DNA from: Chlorokybus atmophyticus
Lineage: Eukaryota > Plantae > Mesostigma and Chlorokybus algae
Direction of reading: 5' to 3'
DNA length: 64,000 bases
Assembly: GCA_009103225.1 (NCBI GenBank)
Contig: RHPI01000671.1
Span: 65,531-129,530, forward strand
Shown here piece after piece: positions 42,256-55,339 of the stretch (positions are counted from its first letter, which is position 1; each line of letters starts with the position of its first letter). The notes beneath the pieces were generated by a model. It ran no database searches. It was not told the DNA's origin and saw nothing but the letters and a program-made list of their open reading frames with translations. The position numbers were made by a program, and so were the translations under genes.

Positions 42256-42910
42256 GGCGATTGGCACTGCTTGGACAAAGAGAAAGCACGAGAAGGTTCG
42301 CTCTGACAAGAAGAGGAGCTTGCAAGCAGCGCTCACGGGAGTTGCACGACGCTGACACCGACCCCACCGCTACCCTTGCTCCCAGCTCTGCCGCCGCCGC
42401 CCCCGCCAGGCACTACACAGCTGACGTACTGTCTTTGTAATCTGGACTGGACTGACCGGTTGTTTACGATAGTTTACCCGATCAAAACTAGTCCGTCCGC
42501 AGCAGCCGGATGTCATAACCACAAAATGGGGTCACGCTGACTGGCTTCAGGCTGCACAGTGAGTAACATGACGGGGCTCGGGCCACTGACACTGCTGAGT
42601 GGTACTCATGAACTATGCTTATAACAATCTTGGCTCATGCTCTGTACCGTCAACAGAATCCAGACATCTTACGTGCTGTCTTTGGAATCTCGATTGAGCG
42701 GTGATGCTGATTTGCGCATTGATTGCAATCGATCGTTAGGTCTCAATCTCTGGATTCCAAAGCCCAATCACACCACTTTTCCTTCCAGACAACAAGGCAA
42801 GATAATCGAAAAGAGAAAGAAAAAGAAAAAAGAGCGAAAAAGGCCAAAGCCACAAAAGGGCTCTAGAACACTGCAGGGTAGGGCTTTATGTACCTGTAAG
42901 TAAAGTGGTC

Positions 42911-45613
42911 ATGACGAGGCTGTGCGGTCACAACGAGGTTGAGCTGGCGAAGCAGCTTTGCCAGCCTTTTGAAGCTAGGGTTAGCAGCAGCCCATGCGCA
43001 ACCCCGTCACGCAGTTTACTCAGCGGCGGGCGGCGGCGTTGGTGTGGTTGCTGGTGGTGTAGGTGTTGCGGCGAGCTGATGGTTATGGACTGCGGGGAGG
43101 TTCGAACAGGGGACGTGGATTGCCGGGCTGGCGAGTTGCGGAGGCCTGAGCTTGCGCCCATCCGTGTGCACCCGGTGGCTGACGGGGGCGCCCTGGCGAG
43201 CGGCAGCGGCAGGGGCGCCGTTGTCGGCAACGGCCTCACGCGCACGATCTCTGAGGCTGTGGACAGCCTGATAGGGTACACTGTGGGGGGGTTGCTGTTT
43301 ACAGACGAGGACGAAGGCGACTACGCCGCCGCTCCCGACGGAGAAGACCACCCCAGGAGCCTGCATGCTGTCGCTCTTGACGGCGACGGTGCAGCCGTTC
43401 GCAGCTGCTTGCAAGCTGCGGGAACAAGCTGTGGTGAGCTGTTGGAACAGAGAGACGATCAGGGTCAAACTGCGCTGCATGTTGCTGCCCGCGTGGGCAA
43501 TTCGGTAAGCATCTTGCGCACGGCAAGCCATGCACACGTCTTGTTTCACTCAGCTGGTCGTACGCTTGCAACACGTGTTGTTTGTTTCTGTTATGCTTGA
43601 GAAAGCTGACCGCATCCAGAACGGTCACATTATGCTTGCCCTTACGCATGTTGTAATTGCCTACAAACAGGCCGCACTGGATGCGTTGTTGGCAGCTGGT
43701 GCAAACTCTAGCTCCCGTTCCGCCTTAGAAAGCACTCCTCTGCACGAAGCAGCTCGAGGTGGGCACCTTGCGTGCTGCATGAGGCTGTTACATGCCGGAG
43801 CAGAGCTGCATGCTCGGGTAGGCAGGCGCGTGCTCGGTTGGCTTGCTCTGTGGCTGCATGCTGACTTGAACTGTAATTCCAGGGTGAAAACGGTATGTCA
43901 CCGTTGCACGCCACAGCCTTAGGTGGGCAGCCAAGCACGATGGCGATGCTGCTCGATGCAGGTTTGGATGCGATAGCATCAAGTCAACTTGTTGGCTGCA
44001 AACCAGGATTGGATACTGATCATCCACTGCAGGTGCAAATGTGGACTTACAAGATTATTATGGTAACACCCCGCTACATGCATGTGTGGAGGGCAAAAGC
44101 CAAGATGGTCTTCGTCTGCTCCTGGCTGCTGGTGCCAATGCTTGGTATGCCAAGCAGGCGTGCAATGTTGGTGGAAGGTTGTTGCGGATAGGTAAAGGCA
44201 TTGATTATAATCCGTCTTTGTTGGGCAGTGCACGGGACGAGTATGCTGCAACGCCTCTGCACATAGCAGCTCAGCAGGGGGAGGCTGTCATGGTCTCGGA
44301 TCTGCTGGCTCATGGCGCGGACATTAATGCCAAGGATGAGTCTGAGCATACCCCACTCATGGATGCAGTTGCTTCTGGCAGCATGCCAGGTCAGTGTTTG
44401 CTTGTCAAGCTTGTGCTCTGCGTCGCTACAATACTCAACTGACTTGGCAATTGCGTTGTAGTGGTAGGGCAATTGCTGCAACACTCCATGGTCAATGTAG
44501 AGGCTTTGGACGAGCAACATTTCACAGCTTTGCACAAGGTATGAGCTGATAGGTGCTCTCCGTGTGAAAGCAGTGCAGTTGTAGATTACAGTGCTAATCG
44601 TAGATTACTAACATCAATGGCACGTTGTGCGAGGACTTGTAACCTTCTGCATTGCTGCAGGCTAGTGCCATAGGCCAGTATGAAGTCCTCGAGGCTCTTC
44701 TCCAACGCAATGCTGCAGTCAATGCTTGTGATAAACGCCACCAAACACCCTTGCACTTGGCGTGCGCTGGCGGTCATGCCACTGCCGTGTCCATGCTGCT
44801 GCGCTATGGCGCGGACATGCGAGTTCGCACGCGGTCTGGAGCAGTTGCTCTGCATGCTGCATCATCTTCTGGCCACTTGGTTGTTGTGCGCTTGCTTCTG
44901 GACGCCATCCATTGCATGGTATTTGGTTCTCTCTACCTTGCTGTGTTTGGTGTGTGCGTTGTACTGGTTGTCAGTTGAATTGCATGCTTATCTGCAAATT
45001 GGCAACACTCTGCGTAAAGTGACATGGCAGCGTTGTTGCAGGAAGACATAGAGATCAGAGACTCCGCTGGAGCTTCACCGCTCAAGCTGGCTGCAATCAA
45101 TGGCCATGCAAATGTCGTGCTGTTATTAGTCCATCATGGAGCGCGCATGGATGCCAAGGATACCACCCATCCTGCTTACTTCTGCTCATCTGAGTCCTGG
45201 GGGAGGGTATTGAAGGCACTGGAGGAGCCGCACTGGAGTCTTGAGACCCACCATCTGTATCCAACGCGTTTCAGGGGCGCTGTGCGTACTTTGGTATTGG
45301 CTGCATACAGAGACAGCAAGGTCAGTTGCTGTTACTGACGTTATGTTGTTTGTTTGACAGCTACTTGGCTGAGTGCTTTCATGCCTGTTGTAAGTCATTT
45401 GCAAGGTCATATGATTCATTGCCCTTGCAACAGCATCAGTGATGGGAGCAGAGTTATAATGAATATTTCGTTGCTGTTGCTACGCAGTCTTGGCTGATGT
45501 GCGCTTGTTGACAGATGTGCCTCGGGGGATTGGGGAAGCTGCCAGCCAGTGTGCTGCTCTACATCGTGAGCCTCATGGCATCACCAGATTCTTGGGTTGG
45601 AGCAAGTGCGTGA
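42911..45613 (+). CDS. Ankyrin-repeat protein (about 10 repeats) with a non-ankyrin C-terminal motif
   Basis: GQTALHVAA, STPLHEAARGGH, GMSPLHATA, YGNTPLHAC, ATPLHIAAQQG, HTPLMDAV, QTPLHLACAGGH and GASPLKLAAINGH. The start may be a later Met (about 43079). Confidence 0.85.
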
Positions 45614-47300
45614 TGTGGCATTTGTACGTCTAATCCTTTCTTGTACATCGATCGATGCAGTACCATTGAGTGCTGCACTTCCATCAATCGATGTTCAGAA
45701 AAGTTCTTCTTGTAGCACACAGCCCATGCGCTGTGCATTAGGCATCTGCATAAGCTGTCTGCGCAGCATGCTGAGTAGACTGGCTTGCCATGGCGGACAG
45801 GCATAGGATTGTTACATAACTGTTGGTAGTGGCTGCCACTGCAGTCAACCATCTGATGCGGGAGCAGTTTCAGCAGGACGAGTGTTTCTTCTAGGGTGTT
45901 CATTGTTTTCAGGCGCTAGCTGCTGGTGGGCTCCTCTTTGCTTGCAAAATGTAGGTTGGGACACATGGTGGCTAGTTTGTACATTGTTATTTGGGACATA
46001 AGTTGCTTACGATAATGGAATATAAACTTCTTCGTGAGCAACTTCAGATCAATTTCACTTGGGTTTCGTGTGTTGGATGGATGTGCTGATGTGTAGTGCT
46101 TCCCTTCAACTGTAACAACCTCTTTGCAATGACTTTGGGTTAAAAACTCTGGCAATAAGGACCTCCGCTTGTACAAGTGAGTAGTAATGTAAATCGACAG
46201 GCGGGACTCTTTGTCATGGTGATCAACTTGTAAAATACACAACAAGTATAGGGTTAAACAACCCTAACAATCCTAATCAAGTTGAGCTTGTTGCAACAAC
46301 TTCCAACGAGTTTAAACATCTTTGAAGTGCATCATCGATAGTTTGCATTTCATTTAGACACAAGGCACATAGGCTGATTGGTTATAACACATGCAACTGC
46401 ATGCACTTAAGCTCACACATGCATCATAGCAGCCAAACCAGCACACCAAGGAGCAGACGCGCATGCGCAAGTGACTCAACATGCATGCATGCTGATCTAA
46501 TGGGGGTCAGGGCTGTGGTGAAGCTAGGTAGTGAATTGGTCGTTGACTATGTGTAGCTCGATGGCTACTATCTTAGATGGTGATTGTTGGCATGTGCATT
46601 GCATTGCCACGTGTGCTGCGGATTCCGTATGTCAATACGGTTACATGCACCACATTGCACATCTTCTACACCAAAATGCAAGCAGAAAGTGACGGTAAGT
46701 CGCCGCGAGTGTCTGTCTTTGATTTATTGAATGCCTTTCTCACAATATGAATGATCATGACATGTGATGTATCACCATAATTACCCCGTAAGTCCCTTGA
46801 ATTAGTATTGGTGGGTAGTAGAAGTAGTAGCAGTCTCCTCATCGATTACATCAACGTGGTCTTCATCACAGATGTTATAATTTTCACATCCGGATGCTAT
46901 GACATGCGGCGGTTGCTTTACTTGCGCACGGTATGGTATAATGCAGATTTCACGTAAAACTCTGCTCCAATGCGCTTGTTGAGTGCATCATAAAACCAGC
47001 TGCAACAATTCATGCAACATAATACCAATACTCATAAGTAGCGCGCGCGCGCTACATTAACCCCATCTTATTGCGCTGCACATCACGCTTGATGTTATTA
47101 CTCACAAGTTGTGAGTAATAAAGTACCAATTGAGAGTTGTTGGTCACAACTCTCCTTACATATATATTGGCTAGCACGCATACGCACATAGATAAAAATA
47201 AGTTAATACGGTGGTGAACTTTCTTTTTGTGTGATATGCAGTATTTGCTTTTTTAGAGGGGCAATTTGGGTTTTATGCTATGTATGGGGAGGGGGAGGGA

Positions 47301-47406
47301 NNNNNNNNNNNNNNNNNNNNNNNNNNNNNNNNNNNNNNNNNNNNNNNNNNNNNNNNNNNNNNNNNNNNNNNNNNNNNNNNNNNNNNNNNNNNNNNNNNNN
47401 NNNNNN
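47301..47406. other. Assembly gap (106 N)
   Basis: N run flanked by G-rich sequence. Confidence 0.99.
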
Positions 47407-48587
47407 GGGGGTTCGTACATGCGTGCGAGCGCGTGTTCTCACTTATGTGTAAGTTGAGTTTATATATCACATCCTCATTGTGTCACACATAATGAGGTAT
47501 GTTATGACTCGTATGTACGTAAAGTTAACACCGACAATAATTCCCACATCAGTGATGCATCGATAAATTGGCAAAAGCTTATCGCGTTTAGCCAACACGA
47601 ACACGAACATTGCACAATGTGTATGTATGTACACGCGTTGAAAACAATGTTAATTATCAAAATTTGAGATGCAATTTATGGTGAAACCAATAAATCAAAA
47701 GCTATTTTGTGTGCATTACAATTGCAAAACCGCCCGGTGATAGGCGAATAACCGAAAAAGCCCATCTTTGTCAATTGTTTATTAAAGCGACAGTTTCCCT
47801 TGTTTCTGCAAAGTATATAATGTTATCATAGCGCCAAATAAACTACAACTCTCATTAACTTTTATAAATATTGTTAATATCATAATATATCATAACTACA
47901 TTAACGTTGGTGTTGCTGAGGCTTGTAAAAATCCCTACAAATCACAGCTCACGACACTCCATTACACTTTTGGGTCGTAATGTATATGGCAGTGCAGTAC
48001 TCAAAATCTATACAATAGAAGATTTGAGAGCTTGACAACTTAACCTAATTACCTCTTGAGCCTGTCATTCTACGGCTGAGCAAGCCACATTACATGCTGA
48101 CTTCCTTCCGGATCGAAACACCCGCGCCTGTCCTTGTGCGCACGATCTCGTAACGCTGCTGCGCACGTTGCGTTCCGTAACACAACCGCCGTGCGGCATT
48201 TAGCGGCGCACACTGCGCTCAAACTACAATCTCGCAGGCGGGCATCAGCGTTAGGAGGAGGGTTAGGGCATGCAGCGTGACTCGTGCTTACTGCCCGCTA
48301 GCTAACCTAACAATCAGGCACCACTGCTGCCGGGCTGCGCATTGACACGTGGCGTGGTCGCGGCGGCAGCGGTGGCGGAGGAGGAGGAGGAGGAGGAGGC
48401 TCGGAGTGGAGCCCGTGGACAACTTGCAGAGGCGAGGTGAATTCGTGTGCGGCATGTCAAGACGCTGTCACAGTTTGTGGGTGTAGCACGCCACTGGTGT
48501 AGGGGCAGTGGTTTGGCAGCTTGCTTGCTTGCTTGCCAGCTGGCTGGCTGGCTAGCAAGTAGTAGCTTCATGGTGTGAGGCTCGGGG

Positions 48588-51500
48588 ATGGTGACAACAG
48601 CGGAGGTGGAGCGAGCCACGGCTTTGGAGAAGTCCATCTCCTCGTCCTCCAAGTGCCTGCGCTTCGCCGTGCACTTCGAGACCAAAGGCGATGGCGCCGA
48701 GGCGGCCAACATGTACCAGGCTGCCTTGGGCCCTATGCTACAGGCAAGAAACCAACTTGCGCATGCATGCGACATTACCGCACTCACAGCGCAGCCGCTT
48801 ATGGCTTGCGCAGGTATTGGTTGAACGTCATGCCCCAACCGTCAATAAATACATGCTCTGTGATTGTGACAGTTGCAATTGTGTACTCGAAGCTTGCAAA
48901 CACCAATTGCACACAGCAAGCAGCAGATAAATGAACGAACGTGAGGGAGTGTTTGTGGGTTGAAGTGAGTGACATGGCATCGCTTTCTTGGTACTAATGT
49001 CGTGAAGCTTGCATGCCAATGTTTGACGTGATGGCGGCGTCAACAGGCGCTCAAGCTGTCCAGAGATGAGAGCCAAAAGAGGCAGCTCACCATCCAGATT
49101 CAGGGGTTATACAACAAGATAGAACTGTTGCGAGGAGGCAATTCTATTGGAAACGGGAACGGGAATGGGAATGGTAAGGGTACCGCCATCGTTGCAGAGC
49201 GCCCCTCCACTGTGTCACCTGAGCGCGCACGGTAAGCATGTATGAGACATCATCGCTGTTGTTGTACTGCTTGCGATCGAGTATAAACCGCAGTCTTACT
49301 GATGTAGAACTCAATTATCAAAGCCAAAGGTTGTTCGCACTTTACTGCCTACTGAACTCACAGCGTTCACTGGCAGTTGACACGTACACACACACGCATG
49401 TCTGCTGTTGCAGGTTGAATGTGCTTGCTGCGCGATTGTATGATGACCAGCAAGCACACGCCTCAACCAGCGCTCCATCCAAGCCCTCCTTGCATGTTCA
49501 GGCCAATGAGGCCCTTCATACGAATGGTCATAGCGATCAGAGCATGCGTGTAACCATTCCATCACCTTCAAAGCCCTTGCCTTCACTTCCCACACCAGTC
49601 GCCGCCTCTCCACAGCCTCGCAGCATGCGTTCACCCTCAGAAAACAGCAGGCAACCCTTCCCAGCCAACATCAGCTCATCGAGTACATCTCCCTCCCCAT
49701 CCACATCGGCATCCATATCGATAACAACTCCTCAAGAACGCTATGCTGCTGGCGTAGAGGTGTGTGCAACAATAAACGAGCGGCTTCATCTACTGCATGT
49801 GACCGTGTAAGCAACAACATCATTGGCTCATCAGGGCCTCATTCCTCTGGCGCGCTTGTACGTGAAAGAAGGCGTGCAGTACGATGAGAAGGAGAACTAC
49901 ACAAAAGCTCTGGAGCTGTACCACAAGGCCATTGCATGTTACAGGCTTTATATCCATCACACGGCAGGTGCAAACATGGACCGCATCAAGCCTTCAGCAA
50001 TTAATGGCTTCCGCCAGGCAAGTCCCACTGTGTTGGTTTGACAAGATTACGTGGCATGCATGTGTGGGGCTGAACGCATATGAGCCCATGCAGGTGGTGC
50101 TTCGGGCTGACCTGCTTGATTATCATTTGCGAGACACGCGCGCTTATGTTGCAAACCCTGCAAGCGGGCACCTGCCATATGCCATTCCACTGTCACCAAT
50201 ACAGACTACCATCGCTGCTAGTACTCCTCAAAAACACAAAAAGAGGTCCTTCATCAAGAAGTTGCTGGGCATCAAGCCAAAGCCGGTCGCGGGGCTGCCA
50301 GTTGTCATACAAACAGGTAAACAAAGAAACGCGTTGGTGTGTCATCCGCACATTGTGTGCGAGTTCCTGGTCTCTCATGACTGAACGTGCTCGCAGGCTA
50401 TGCATATGCTCCGCAGACGCCGGTTGCCTATGCAGGTCTGCTGTTGTTGTTGCCAAGACCCTGGTCATGTTCTTGCATGAATGGCATAACCGACACTGCG
50501 TGCAACACCAGGATCCCCAGCCTCAGTGTCCTCTGCAACACCAGTTGGGACGCCAGGACAAAGCCCATTTTCAGCTTACACGGTAATATGTAGAGTGTCG
50601 CACGTTTCATCTGTCTGCACTTGTTGCTCAGTTATGGAAGGATCAGCTCACTAACACTGCTCGGCTGCAGCCTTTTGATGATGCTGCTTTAAAGGTATGC
50701 CAGCTTTAACCAACTGCCGTTTGGCTGCCTTGTGTGGTCATGCTCATCGCGCATGCTATGAATAGGCGGCCACGGAGTTGTTCGAACGGGAAGCGGGCGC
50801 AAACAAGGAGGAGTTGGCGAAGCAGGGGCAGACGCTTGAGGAGATGAAGGCCATGCTCGAGCGCTTGACAAGGGAGGAGGAGCAGGTGTGAGTTGTTGCA
50901 TACTATTGTGCAAAGAGTTGTCGGTCGTTTACTCACCTGCACAGTTGCTTCTTAGCGCCGCCAAAAGACTGTTATGAATGTAGCTGCGGAAAACAACGGG
51001 TTCAAGTTGGCTGCTACAGCTATACTGGAAAAGTTACGGCAGCGCAGAAAGGTGTGCAGTCGTGTTGTGTGAAAGGCATATAGCTTGCATCAGTAGGATC
51101 AGATTGTGTACTCGATGCTCACCTGTGCGGATGCAGCGCGAGGAGAGCCAGCTGTCACCCACAGCTGAAAGTCAGACGAGCAGCACGTTTGAAGATCAGG
51201 CGGACTTTGATGACGAGGACGGCGATGATGATGCCTCCTCCTCGCATGCTGATCTGCCCACTTCAAGGTTTTCGCCAACTGTTGAAGTGGATGAGAGCAA
51301 CTCCCAAGTGTCACCAACTGCTGAATGCTCTCAAGGTAGACATCTGTTACCATGCTGCATTATCGTGTGCAAGCCTTGCTTCATGTAATTGATGGCTGGT
51401 GCAGGTAGCGACAAGCTGCAAGCGCTGTTGTCTGCGGCCACATGCTCTGACGAAGAGCTGGACGGCTCATTTGCGGATTCAGATGGCGGCCTCCTGTATC

Positions 51501-53871
51501 TAACTGAGCCGCAGGATGAGCTGCCGTCCGTACCTTCGGCACCAATGAAGCCCAGGCCTCCTCCGCCTAGCCGACTGCCAAGGTATGTTCGTGGGTGTTG
51601 CAGACTCGATTTTACATGATGCCTTGACACTGAGGTTGTTTGATTGGTGCCCACAGCAAGCGGCGTGAGGAGCAGGAGGCGAGCATGCTCGTGCTGGAAG
51701 AACCGCTGTTATCGGAGGAGGCCCTCAGGGCCAAGCGCAGCGTTGCTCAGGTTGGGACCAATATTGAGGAGCGGCGGCTTGAAATGAACAGCACAGAGTC
51801 TGGCATACAAACTGAGAAGCCGACTGACTACCCAAGCCATCAAGTCCCGCGTAGCGCTCCTGTCCCGCCACCTCCTCCACCACCACCCATGCTGTTGCTA
51901 CCCAAGCTCTCACCAGGAGCTCCTCCTCCCCCGCCACCCCCACCAGCACCGACAATGCTTTCAAAGCCACGACACGCAGCAGGCGTGCCTTCCCCTCCGC
52001 CGCCACCACCTCCCCCACCAGGGTTGCTAAAGCCCATCAGTGGTGCTGTCCCCATGCCACCTCCCCCGCCGCCACCGCCCATGGGAGGGCTACCGCTGCT
52101 CAAGAAGGGCCCTTCAGGTCCTCCTCCTCCCCCTCCTCCGCCTATACCTGCATCACTTGTCAAGAAGAGCGTTGATGATGAGGACTTTGAGTGGGGTAAG
52201 GGTCCACCGGCACCGCCCGCGCCGTCCATGAATGGCAACGCACCTGCAGGAGATGAAGATGACTGGGCCAAGTCGAACATGGTGAGTGTGCCCCTGCATG
52301 CAGTATTGTTGTTAGACTACCTGTGTCACGTGAAGTTTTACTCACCTGCTGCTGCCTTGTGCTGTGAAATGACTTGCGCAGGTGCTGAAGCTCTACAGAG
52401 ACTTGAACAGGCCGATGGGACTGGGACAGGGTGGCGGAGTGATCATCCAGAAGTCTGCGCGGGTGAGTAGTGTGCCCGTTGTGGTTTCACATTGTGGGCT
52501 TGTGCTGTGCTTATTGACAGGCATGAATTTCATTGTCATTTGCAGCCTGAGGACGCTGGAGGCCTAATGGATGAAATGTTGGGCAAGAGCAACTATGCCA
52601 AGGTGCGGGTTGCATTTGAGCAAGTGCGTCATCAGCAACATGGCAAACATTCAAATATTGAATAAGTTAGTCGCATTATCTGAAGCAGATCACTTGGTAA
52701 ATTGATAGTGCATGCTGGAGAGTCAATGTAGGTCATGTAGCTTATACGCCAGCTTCAAATGCAGGCTGTGCAAGAAGATGTGGAGCGGTATGCTGGCATG
52801 ATTGAGAAACTGGCTGTTGAAGTCAAAAAGCTCCGCGCTGCTGATATGAGCGAGGTTTGTTCACTGCTTGCTGCACTGCATCCTGGTGTTGCTTGTGACA
52901 CGCACGAGGACGTGGTCATCGTCTGCTTGTTGAAGGGTGTCAAGTTGCAGAGGCTGATCGTTCTGCTGCCACCAGGCTGAAGCTTTTGTTCAAGAGATGA
53001 ACAAGCGACTGGACAAGCTTACCGATGAAGCTGCCGTTCTCAAACACTTTGAGTGGCCAGAAGCCAAGGTCAATCTTTCATCGTGATGTCAAGACCACCT
53101 AAGTCCTTTTTATTCACGTATAGATGCTTGCTCATCAAGTTACAGGCATTAATGCTCAGTCTACTGACTAAGCTCTATGCTCGTGCAGGCTGACTCCCTG
53201 CGCGAGGCCGTGGCGCTTCACAAGGACCTCACGTCCAAGCGAGAGGCGCTGCTCCAGGTTGGCGGGGTGGGTTCTGCCGCCGTCTCGCGCATCGACGACG
53301 CCCTGACCAGAATCACCAACATTTTTGAGAACGTGCAGAAGAAGGTTGAAACTTTCCAGCGCTCTCAGGTGTGTGTCACCATGCCAGCGTGCGCGAGTGT
53401 GTGTTTGCGGGTGTACGCAAAGGTCTCATCAATGTGAATATTTGTGACTGACTGAAACCTGTGTATATGTACAGGATGCAACAAAGAAGCGGTTCTCCGA
53501 GCACGGCATCCCCTTCGACTTCAACATCGTGAAGAGGTTACAACGCGCATCCTCCAAGGCCGCAGGGGCGTACTTGCGGCGAGTCCTTGATGAAGTTACA
53601 GGTCAGAAAAACCTGCCATCAACTTCACAATGCGGTGTATGTATGCAGTCTGCCGTATTAACAACGTGCGTGTTGCTTCTTTTACTCAGGCGGCAATTGC
53701 AGTCAAGAGAAGGCGTACTCCCTGCTCGTCTCTGCCGTGCGCTTCACGTTCCGAGTGCATCAGTTTGGTGGCGGGCTCGACAAGGCGACGCTCAACGCCT
53801 TTGAAGAAGCCAGCGTGTTGCTGCAGGAGGTGGCCGAGAACACCTCTGAACAGCAGCAGCAGCAGAAATAA
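48588..53871 (+). CDS. CHUP1/IPGA1-family protein with two N-terminal MIT domains, a coiled coil and an FH1-like polyproline tract
   Basis: The C-terminal exons match the CHUP1 C-domain: AVQEDVE...LAVEV, LTDEAAVLKHFEWPEAKADSLREA, HGIPFDF, AYLRRV, LLVSAVRFTFRVHQFGGGLDKATLNAFEE. The N-terminal exons read as two MIT three-helix motifs. The exons I traced from 48588 to the stop at 53869-53871 join in phase. Confidence 0.9.
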
Positions 53872-55339
53872 AGGTCATTGCTTCCAGACTTGACCCGTGC
53901 GTTGCTTGTGTACATGTACTTTATTTGCCACAGTTGGCACCTGTGAGGTTGGTAGTTGTCATCATCAAAGCCCCCAACGCGGGCATGGTATCTAAGTGTC
54001 CGCATGGCATGAATATGAATTACCTTAGTTGCTGGAAAGGTGCATGCCGCTGCTCAAAGCACCTTTTCAAAGCGTATGTGGAGCTCCGATCAGAACCACT
54101 AACTCAGTTGCCAACCCTTGCACTGTGCTTCAGTTGTGATTATGGAGTGGTCATGCTGGCCTGATTGTGTCATGCTTTGCTTGAATTTCAACAGTAGCTG
54201 TGCGGGCTTAAACACAACTGTTCTTGAGCAACAACATCAACACTACCACAGCCAGATACCCACGTGTGGTGACCATGCATGCACTCAAATCAGCAGTACA
54301 CTTGGAGTTACCACTATACCATTGTAAGTTTTCCACACGGCAATGGGATGATGCAACACCATGATGGCGGCGAATGGAGAGGAGAAATGCTATTACTTGT
54401 AGTCGACAAACGTGTAATATATATCAAGGTTGTACTGTCTAGGTTGCAGCTGTGGCACTTTGCTGCGTATGCGTGGCATTGCGCAGCTAGCATGTAGAGG
54501 CAGAGGCACGGACGCTGTGCTGGCGGCTGCGGCGGTGTAGTTGTGTAGGCGTGCTTGCATGCCGCTGGCATGCGTGTGAGTATGCTTGTGCAGTGATAGG
54601 CAGGGATGACAGTACGTAGCTTGGTGTGACGATGTTGACAGAAGGCCCATGTACTGAAGAGTCAGAGGCACTATCACAAACCAAGGTTGATATTGTATCA
54701 ATTGTACTTGCTGATGCAGCATCATCAGTTCCTTGCAGGCAAGCAGTTAATGGATGATTACTATTCCCATGCTGCACTGTTGCACATCACAATGGATGAG
54801 CCGTATGCTCTTTATCGGTTAGCTATATTTACAGCGCGATCGTGATAACAACAGCAGTATTACATAAGCGTGCAAGTCAGCATTCGTCCAAATTTGCATT
54901 GCACGATCGCTTCGGTGATCTTGATACGAGCGTCTTGATATGGTTGAAGTTAATGGTGTCATGCGCGTACGTGTCTGCGGCGCATCGGTTATGAAGGTTT
55001 TTGGGAGTTGTATGGTAGTTGTGGCAGCTCAAATGGTTAAAGCGGTTGAGGCATGGTAGGAGGGTATGTACGTGTTCTTTACTTGTATTGCAGCTAGTTG
55101 AGCGCAAGTCCCTTGCCTTGAGTGCCACAGTGTGCATGTGCTTGGATATGCTTGTGTGAAGTGTATGAGCGTATGCCACACCTTGCAAACGGACTTAGCC
55201 TTATCTCCCCGTGCATTACATGCCAATTGCAAATATAAAAGCATGTGCTTAAGTCTACGTTGGCTAAGCCACGCGCTTGTTACTTGCGCTCAACCCATTG
55301 GCATAAAGGTGTGCGGGTGTTTGTGTTTGTGGATGTGGA

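Noticed and set aside
45559-46245. Two minus-strand ORFs in the same frame separated by one stop
   Set aside because: No recognisable domain, and it overlaps the ankyrin last exon antisense. It cannot be supported without a search.
48814-48930. Alternative exon after MIT1 helix 2 (VLVERHAPT...)
   Set aside because: It ends in a stop. The acceptor at 49046 gives an in-phase canonical MIT helix 3 and was preferred.
54480-54600. Faint resemblance to exon 1 of the NHL gene
   Set aside because: Does not align convincingly at nucleotide level.
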